A stretch of DNA of 64,000 nucleotides, from the NCBI GenBank assembly GCA_977018835.1, contig OZ361259.1, positions 1,612,001 to 1,676,000 of the forward strand, in the 5' to 3' direction. Position 1 is the stretch's first letter. Each line of letters starts with the position of its first letter. Positions 56,348 through 64,000 of the stretch are shown here, piece by piece. A program made the position numbers and the translations under genes. Under the pieces are notes generated by a model. That model made no database searches and was not told the origin of the DNA. It was given only the letters and a program-made list of their open reading frames with translations. The stretch is from Minutocellus sp. GHC0000111 (Eukaryota).

Positions 56348-58876
56348 TTACAAGCTGCCATTTTCTCTCAGTATCGCCGGCATCCAAGAGCTAACATCAT
56401 TTGCCGATACACCGAAGTTTGTCTTAGCTTTCTTATTATTTCTTGCAGATTTCTTGTTGCTGCCTGGGCTTCTGCGCTTCTTTCCGGCGTAAACGACAAC
56501 GTCGTCAGCATCGTCGCATTGACATTCAGCCCGAGTGTGGCCAAGCTGCTTGCATTTCTGACACTGCTGGTCAATCTTCTTCTTGCGGCCAGGCTTTGCT
56601 GGTTTCGCCTTACCAGCAGCTAGGGCCCTGTTCTTCTTGTACACATAGTCCTTGTCGTCTTTCTCGCTTCTGTTTCGCAAGGCTGCTCGAAGGCGCTTGC
56701 TGTCGCTCTTGCTCTTTTTGTACTCATCGGTGCGCTTACGCGCAAGGTCGCCCTCGAGCTTCCGGTCAATTGCATCGAATCCATCTTTTCGGGTAGGAGA
56801 ATCCCTCGATCCCAACTTTCCAAGAACTCGCTCATTGAATTCCGTACCCAGTGACTTGTGGCCAGCGGCTCTACTTGTTGCATTTGGGTAGGCGTCTGAA
56901 GCAGTCAAATTCGGCCTTTTCCCCATCGTGAACTTCGTCACCATCCCGTTGAGCTGTTCGACGCCGGTGGTAGATTCCTTCTTGCAGTTGGAGTCGGCAG
57001 TATTCTTGTTGATTCTCTTGGTTATTTCAAGCGTCATCTTGCGAATCGTGTCGTCACTAATCTCCAATATGTCGCCATCGAATTGATTCCCCGAGCTCCA
57101 TTCCTCATCGAGCTTGCCATCACTCCAATCAGGATGAGCAATGCTGAGGCGAATCCAATCACACGTGTTGGTGGTGCAAAAAGTGTGAATGCCACATTGG
57201 TGACGAACGACGGACTGGAGTTCTTTCTGAAGGAGGGCCAGATGACTTTGTTTTTCCTCCTCGGACACAGCACCATCGGGCTGATCGAGAACGCTGTGCT
57301 TGTACCGATCAGTAATCTTCGAAATGTCCTGTTTCATCCGATTGATGCGTGGTCGGGGGATGGCATTAAAATTTTCAACTCCTTTGCATACTTTTCGAAA
57401 GCCTGAGTCAATTGAATTGCTCAGATGATTAAAGTCACGGCAAAGCTCAACACCAGAAGCCAACTCATCACCTACTATGTCTTCCTGAGCGGCTGCTGCC
57501 CTAGCAATGCCTTTGCTATCGCCATCGGCAACGTGCTTCTCAACGAAAAGAGGACACGCCTGCACGCTTCCTTCATCGTCGACCAGAAGATTCCGTCCAA
57601 CATTCTCGGCCAGATGCTCCTCTGCCACACCGGGGGAGTAGGAAGAGTTGCGATAGCAGAAGCCATCATGGTCGTACAGGGCCAGCATCTCATCCTTGCT
57701 CATGTTTTTGAGCTCACTCGGCGTCATTGGATTGCCGGCTTCCCGCCTCTCCCTCAATCTTGCATTGCAGGCTCTCACGCAATAGTGGCAGCTTGCCTGA
57801 GAGATTCCCTTGTCAACAACAAGGCCAGTTTCCTTGTCTACGGCAAATACCGCTGCAGCAGAGCCAGTGTAGCAATGGCCGTAGTCGCGTTTGAGGGCGC
57901 TGCCGTCTTGGGCCACCGTAACCACCGCCGCCGTGTGCATCTCGCCGCCTTGTTCAAACTCAACAGTCTTGCTGCTAGAGGCATATGCTTTTGCCCTATT
58001 CTCGTCAATGATTTCATCAGCTGCTTCAATAGCTGCTGCTCTGCATTTCTTTTCCACCTGTCGGGCACTCTTTTCGGTCGGATGGACGATGTCGGCCTTC
58101 GTGCAGAAATTCATGAAGCGACTTGCGCACATGGCCTCATCTTCCGCTGCCTCCATCAGCTCCAAGTTCATTCCAGCCTGACTTCTAGAATGCTTTCTGC
58201 CGGGGCACACAACTTCTGACCTCTGGCCGATCCAAGTGCAAAAAGAAAAAGGTTGGTTGCATCTGTCGCATCGCCATTCAAATGCAACGCCGAATCCACG
58301 CCGAACTGGCTCGGCCGAGAGATGCAGATTGCCGCACGATCGGTGGAGATTCTGCACGAAATCATGCAGCTGCTTCATCTCAACCACAATTCTTTTGCCG
58401 TTGAGCTGCACGCCGGTGATGTTGGGACGATCGGTGGCGTTGGCGGTGGGAGCAGATGACCGACCGCCCGAAGAGTTCTTGTCGGAATAACATTTCAGCA
58501 TCGCGTTGAGATGGGGCCCATGCTTTTCATCGTCCTGGAAGCAATTTTCAGGTGTGGTCGGCAGTGATCGCTTGCCATTGCGTTGAGAGCGTGGGCTGGC
58601 GCTATCGGCTGTTCTGGAGAAGCGGTAGAAGGGCTTTGCAACGTCAAGGCCTGATATTTTCTCTGGACGTCGTCGTTGGATGTTGACCTCGTGTCGTGTT
58701 GGGACGTGTTGAAGAGATGATCGAACAAGAGAGATCTCTAAGCTCGGCGACACGCCACCGCGCATCAACATGCGGACAAGCTCATCAACAGCGCAGTGAG
58801 TGCATCTGACGTCGTCTGGGAATGAGAGCAAGAGTGAGAGGATTGCCTCCTTGGCGTTAGCACGTGATGTTTCCAT
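56348..58876 (-). CDS. DDE transposase (copy 2)
   Basis: Intact 842-aa ORF with the same motifs as copy 1. Confidence 0.85.
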   Translation of the reverse strand: METSRANAKEAILSLLLSFPDDVRCTHCAVDELVRMLMRGGVSPSLEISLVRSSLQHVPTRHEVNIQRRRPEKISGLDVAKPFYRFSRTADSASPRSQRNGKRSLPTTPENCFQDDEKHGPHLNAMLKCYSDKNSSGGRSSAPTANATDRPNITGVQLNGKRIVVEMKQLHDFVQNLHRSCGNLHLSAEPVRRGFGVAFEWRCDRCNQPFSFCTWIGQRSEVVCPGRKHSRSQAGMNLELMEAAEDEAMCASRFMNFCTKADIVHPTEKSARQVEKKCRAAAIEAADEIIDENRAKAYASSSKTVEFEQGGEMHTAAVVTVAQDGSALKRDYGHCYTGSAAAVFAVDKETGLVVDKGISQASCHYCVRACNARLRERREAGNPMTPSELKNMSKDEMLALYDHDGFCYRNSSYSPGVAEEHLAENVGRNLLVDDEGSVQACPLFVEKHVADGDSKGIARAAAAQEDIVGDELASGVELCRDFNHLSNSIDSGFRKVCKGVENFNAIPRPRINRMKQDISKITDRYKHSVLDQPDGAVSEEEKQSHLALLQKELQSVVRHQCGIHTFCTTNTCDWIRLSIAHPDWSDGKLDEEWSSGNQFDGDILEISDDTIRKMTLEITKRINKNTADSNCKKESTTGVEQLNGMVTKFTMGKRPNLTASDAYPNATSRAAGHKSLGTEFNERVLGKLGSRDSPTRKDGFDAIDRKLEGDLARKRTDEYKKSKSDSKRLRAALRNRSEKDDKDYVYKKNRALAAGKAKPAKPGRKKKIDQQCQKCKQLGHTRAECQCDDADDVVVYAGKKRRSPGSNKKSARNNKKAKTNFGVSANDVSSWMPAILRENGSL

Positions 58877-59548
58877 GGTTGTTATTTAGGGTTGTGTCGG
58901 TTCTGGCGCAAGATGCGCTTTTCGATGAGAACCTTACAAAAAGAACCCCAAATGAGGGAGACGTGCAAAAATACCCCAAACAAATATCCCCTTACCTCCC
59001 AACAGCAAAACTTCAAGATATCTTCCCACCAGCACCACCAATGCTGGTTATGCGTCGGCCGAGACTAATTTCGGTCGATCCGACGATGACGTGCACGTCG
59101 ACTGCTGTGTTTCTGAGGGAGAGTTGATTCATCGAAGTTCCTCTGAACCAAGTGTTCCTGGAGGGATTTCCGACTTAATGCTGAAAGGAACGTCGATGAC
59201 TCTTCGCCACTGTGGAGAGCGGCGGCCTTCGATGAGGAGCCCATTGTCACGTTGGAGTGCTAACTTTGGCGATGGTGCGAAGAAAAAACGGCACAAAACA
59301 CGCATTTTGGGGGCTTCCTAAAAGTTATGGACAGCGCCCTCTTAATAGTTCTGATGTCATGGAGCGAGGAACAAATGACAGGACATGACGGCGACCACCA
59401 CCTGCAAAGGGTTATGAGTCCAAAATCGAGTTGATTCGTCTGGCCGTCGAACGAGCTGCATTTGAGAGCTGTGAAAATGAGGCACATGATATTTGTGTTC
59501 CTCGATAAATATACAAGCAACGGTATCTCACTGAATATTAATACCACC

Positions 59549-61006
59549 ATGAGCACAGAGAACGAGCAGCTCGATGCCAGCGAGGGCGGCGTGTCTCTGG
59601 CCGACTACGGCAGCACGTCAGCATCTGCGGCACAACCGGCCGAACGAAGGGAGAGCGCCCCGGCTCAGCTCGATGCTACGAACAATAATAACGATGATGA
59701 CAGCAGCATGGACTTCAACGACGACCACGACAGCAACACCCATAACACGCCCGATACAGCTGCAGCCAAGTCCAACGCCAGCTGAGGAGAGCGAGTGGCA
59801 TTCATGTCCAGTACGCGCGACTACCACGACCACTCGCATCACCATCATCACGGCCACAGCCCCCGTCATTCTCCCCGCCACAGCCACAATCGAAATGAAC
59901 TGCATCTCCCTCCAGACGACGTAGGATCCGGCTCGGCCACCGAATCCATGACCGACCTCCTCTCGGAAGCGGCCAGCTCGCGGAACAAACCGGCTGACAG
60001 TCCCCTTCGTCGGATTGCCATCGACCTATCGCTTTGGATCAACATTGCCATCCTCGTCACCAAGATATTTGCCTATGCCATGACGTTGTCGCTCTCCGTC
60101 CTGGCCGCACTGACCGACTCGGTACTCGACGTGGTATCCCAGCTGGTACTCAACTACACCGAAAAGCATTCCAGCCTGTCCCGTTCCTCCGCCCTCTATC
60201 CAGCCGGTGCCTCCCGTCTCGAACCGCTCGGCGTCCTCATCTGCGCGGCACTCATGGGCATGGCCTCGTTCGAAATCATCAAGGAGAGTTGTGAAAGTCT
60301 GTTGTTTGATCAGGACACCATTGCCACCGACGACGACAAGATGACGTCGTTCCTAAGCATGCTGGCCGTGGTGGTTATCAAGTTGGCGCTTTGGGCGCTT
60401 TGCAACCGAGCCGCACGGACGCGGATTGTTTCCAGCATCAAGACGCCGGGCAAGCAGAGCGTCAAGGTGGCCGACCCGACGTTGGAGGCGTTAGCGCAGG
60501 ATCACTTCAATGATTGTTTGAGCAATGCCGTCGCCGCCATTGCGCTGCTGTTTGCCCTCAAGAGCGAACGGCTGTGGTTTCTGGATCCGGTCGGTGCCAT
60601 ACTGATCAGTCTGTACATTATCTACAGCTGGTACGAGACGGGGAAGGAGCAGATCGAGCAGTTGACGGGCAAGTCGGCACCGGACGATTTCATCGACGAA
60701 ATTATGGAGATTGCTTCCAACTTTGATTCCAAAATGTTGGTCGATGTCTGCCGGGCCTATCACTTTGGTCCCAAATTTCTGGTGGAGCTTGAGGTGGTCC
60801 TGCCGCGCGACACGCTTCTGCAGGAGAGTCATGATCTGGGGATGGATCTGCAGTACGAGATTGAGGCCATGGAGGAAGTCGAGCGATGCTTTGTGCACAT
60901 TGATTACGAGACGAGGCCGTACGATGAGCACGTGGTGAGCAAGGTTCCGGAATTGAGGGAGCGGATATTGCGGCAGCAGAGCAGCAGTTGTATTCATTCG
61001 GTGTAG
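59549..61006 (+). CDS. Cation diffusion facilitator (Mn-CDF/MTP-like) transporter; in-frame TGA at 59783-59785
   Basis: SLSVLAALTDSVLD, YPAGASRLEPLG, AQDHFND, LDPVGAILIS, RAYHFG, ERCFVHIDYE; His-rich N-terminal tract. Confidence 0.9.
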
Positions 61007-61560
61007 GTTTGTCTTGGAAACAAGAGCGGGTGTAACGAAATGCACATCGGAGCTACGATACCGGTACGTCGGTATGCTAATGGACAGACACACGTGCATG
61101 TTGCATGGTTGGTAGACCTACACGTAGTAAGACTCACCTGTGTATTTGAGGTGGTTTCCGTTGATCCGGTAGAGTCTACTGCGAGTCCTAGCTGCTAGGA
61201 GCTGTTCTGCTGATCGAGCTAGCAGACGCCTCGGAGCCTGGGTATTATGCTTTGGGGAGTCTCTTGTTTGTGCATTCCGTCAACATTGATTCGATTCGGG
61301 CGTTCGGCTTGCTTCGGTGAGCATCAGTGGGCTCATCAAATGCTTATGCTCAACGAGCGAGAGAAAAGGAAAAAGAAGAGGGGAAGAGGAGGAAAAGGAG
61401 AAAGAAAAAAGGCGAGACAGACCACGCTACACGGCCGCTACGTGACTGTACACGTATCGAGCGATCTGATTTTGCTGGCCTTGTGACTTGTGACACCATG
61501 GTCGCCTTCACTTATTGCATCCAATCAAACCAGCCAGTTCAGATAAGCTACTGCCGAACA

Positions 61561-62778
61561 ATGGCAACCCGCGCCGTCGCAATTTTGTTATGCCTGCTCT
61601 GTTACGCGGCAGCTGCCCCACGCAGCAGCAGCGCGGTCTCCGACGGCGAGGAAGCGACGCCGAGCCAGCCGAAGGCGATAACGGTTCAACTTCCACTCGA
61701 CGCGGCGGTCCGGTTCCATGAAGCCGCCGGCGGGGCCTTCCGAATCCTGAAGAAGGAACGGCGCCGCAGCAACTACAAGAAGGCGTCGGATCTGCCTGCG
61801 GCCGAGCAGCAGGACCGGGCGCTGTCGCCGTCAAATCTCCGTTTCCTCACCAGCGGCGACAACTCCTGCACCGACCAGCTCAACACGTGTCAGGTTGAAC
61901 TCGACAATTGTCGGGAAGGCAAGGCGGCAGAAGCAGACGACAATGCCCCGTCCTACCTTTACGTGCAGATGGCCCAGACCTGCAAGCTGAAGCAGAAGAC
62001 CGACGGCAGAGGCAGAACGCACTACGAGCTGTCCCCAAAGGACATGGACGACGACACCTACTCCTTCACCGACCGTCCGCACCGAATCGCCGGAACGATC
62101 CCCACGAAACAATTCGTCAAGGACTTTGGCACCACGTTCAGCATCGAGTCAGGCGGCCGGCCCAACGGCGTCGTCACCTTCCGCCACGCCGACGCCAAAA
62201 GCTTCGAGGGCCCGCTCATCTCGGTCTTTGTCGAGGCCGCCCGCCACAAGGACAGCGGCAAGTACGTCTACGAGCTGACGCAAAGCGAGGAGCAGGAGGA
62301 GGTGAACGCTCTCCGGGACTTCTTCCGCGAGGAAGAGGGCGGAAGCAATGACCCCGATGGCGTCGGTGTCGTCGAGTACGAGATGTGCTCCATCTTCATT
62401 GACGCCAGTAACGAATGCGATCCTGCCAACGTTGACTCCTGCAAGATGGGCAATTGTGTGTGGAAAGAGTATAAGAGCGACTGCGAAGCATGTCAGTGCT
62501 ACGTTTCTGGATATGGAGAGAGCAAGGCGCCTCCTTACTTTTGCGAGAAGAGTGCAAGAACTGGGAACAAGGCGAAGTGTGTGGACAAGAGGCCTAACGG
62601 TGACATTTGTCACATGAGCTGGCAGTGCAAAGGTGGGTATTGCAGGCAAGATGGCTTTTGCGCATCGCTCAAAGACAATGGATCTAAATGCAGTAAGTCC
62701 GAAGAATGCTGGTCAAATTATTGTGCCTCAAGGGGAGGGAAGGAACCGAAATGCAGGTTGAAAATCGATCCGCGATGA
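61561..62778 (+). CDS. Secreted protein with Cys-rich C-terminal repeats
   Basis: MATRAVAILLCLLCYAAA signal; YSFTDRPHRIAG domain; NG..C.....C....C repeats. Confidence 0.7.
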   Translation: MATRAVAILLCLLCYAAAAPRSSSAVSDGEEATPSQPKAITVQLPLDAAVRFHEAAGGAFRILKKERRRSNYKKASDLPAAEQQDRALSPSNLRFLTSGDNSCTDQLNTCQVELDNCREGKAAEADDNAPSYLYVQMAQTCKLKQKTDGRGRTHYELSPKDMDDDTYSFTDRPHRIAGTIPTKQFVKDFGTTFSIESGGRPNGVVTFRHADAKSFEGPLISVFVEAARHKDSGKYVYELTQSEEQEEVNALRDFFREEEGGSNDPDGVGVVEYEMCSIFIDASNECDPANVDSCKMGNCVWKEYKSDCEACQCYVSGYGESKAPPYFCEKSARTGNKAKCVDKRPNGDICHMSWQCKGGYCRQDGFCASLKDNGSKCSKSEECWSNYCASRGGKEPKCRLKIDPR

Positions 62779-64000
62779 GGGCAGAAAAATGAATTAATGA
62801 CGACGACGTTGAGCATTGTGCAAGGGTGGACATTATGAGAAAAGTGGCAAGAGCGCAAAGACAATGGATCTAACTAACAAATACGGTGCAAACGAGGAAT
62901 GCAGATCAATGGTGTGTCTTTCAAAAAACAACATGCTGAAAACCTGGCAATGACACTTAGGACTCAATCAATTCATCGCATTGCAAAGAGTGAACGTTCT
63001 AACATTTCGGACTAGCACATTGCATTTTTCAGAAAACAGTAACAACTCCTTACATGTTAGAACACATGCGACAGAACAGCGTGCACACGAAAGAAAGCTA
63101 GTGCACTGTGCATGAGGTACAGAGGTGCGTCACGAAAAGGTAGAACAAGCAGGCTGGTCTGGCAGGTTGTTAACTACGTGTGCGTGCGCACGTGGCTGCT
63201 TAGTGGCCTCGCGCACCTCTAGCTAGGCACCTACGTAGCTAGGTAGGACACCACTTCACTCTTCTTAAATCCACAGTTACATGGTTTAATGCTCTAGATC
63301 CACTGTCTTAGAGAAAAATCAAAAGCCGGCCCGTCCATGCCGCAAAAAGTCGACAGTGGTCCACTAGATTTTGACCGAGAAGTCTAGTCAATGCCTTTGT
63401 CCGCCGTCAGAACTCATCTAGTGTTCCTGAACTTACTCCTATGCTCCAGGGCATGGAGGGCAAGAAGAGGGGCGCATGTCAGCCGAGTGATAAGCGAAAG
63501 AGAAAGAGAATTGGCACACTGTCCAGCAGAGAGCGCTGTGTGGAGGATGCCGGAGATGCGCATCTTGAGGCCAAAGAGACACGAAGGCAGACCGAACATT
63601 TCTTGTCAAAGAAGGCTGGAAAGAAGTCTATCTAATGTGTGCTTGTGGTGTGCCACCAGATAGTTGGAAGGAGGACCTAACAGAGGAGCTCTGAGCACAG
63701 CATGTTTCCTTTACGTGATTTGTCCCAAAATGTGATCCTGAGTTTTTCTCGGTGAGGCCAACATTTATGCCCCGAAATGTTGTGCGGCAGACTGCGAATC
63801 CATCAGACACTCTCTCACCAAAGCTCTGGGGTCAGCAGTCCTTCAGCGCCGTCGTTGCACCTGCGTGATGGGATAGGCAGGTTCACCCTACACACTTCTA
63901 CACATGGAAAGATTACCACCAAGACTTCTTCCGAGGCTTGACGAAGGTTCTACGTGCGTTGCTCTGCGCGCCTGTTGTCGCCTCCGGCACCCCGCCGGCA

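Larger units (their letters stand above)
54890..59341. mobile_element. Kolobok-like DNA transposon, copy 2 (4452 bp), intergenic
   Basis: Same TIRs as copy 1; TTAA at 54886-54889 and 59342-59345; flanks unrelated to those of copy 1. Confidence 0.92.

Noticed and set aside
54886..59345. Second transposon copy as an assembly duplication
   Set aside because: It has distinct flanks, its own TTAA duplication and dozens of patterned differences from copy 1.
17246..59785. Alternative genetic code or programmed readthrough to explain the internal stops
   Set aside because: All three stop codons occur internally and all are also used as normal terminators, with no shared readthrough context. Nonsense mutation or sequencing error is simpler.
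63260..64000. Possible start of another mobile element at the window end
   Set aside because: Only short ORFs are present, with no recognisable terminal repeat or domain, so no call can be supported.

Overview
Gene-dense eukaryotic nuclear DNA, most likely a diatom. This rests on ASAFAP-like plastid signals, short GT-AG introns, HA-repeat and AP2 proteins and a Sig1/mastigoneme-like EGF gene. About 28 protein-coding loci are present, including SHMT, two FKBPs, GST, a K+ channel, M16 peptidase, AKR, class-3 lipase, sulfotransferase, a CDF transporter and several secreted Cys-rich proteins. Two near-identical 4.45-kb DNA transposons (21010-25462, 54890-59341) have 17-bp TIRs, TTAA target duplications and two convergent genes: a DDE transposase and a KolX/P2X7-ballast-like protein with an apparent OB-fold. 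They look Kolobok-like, and copy 1 splits a peptidase gene. The most striking signal is in duplicated DNA (both transposon copies and an inverted AP2 duplicate), which differs mainly by TpA versus CpA/TpG changes giving Tyr to His/Cys. This suggests a repeat-targeted A:T to G:C mutation process, opposite in direction to fungal RIP. The window also holds a solo LTR and an unusually high load of single nonsense or frameshift lesions in host genes. All calls come from reading motifs by eye; no searches were run.
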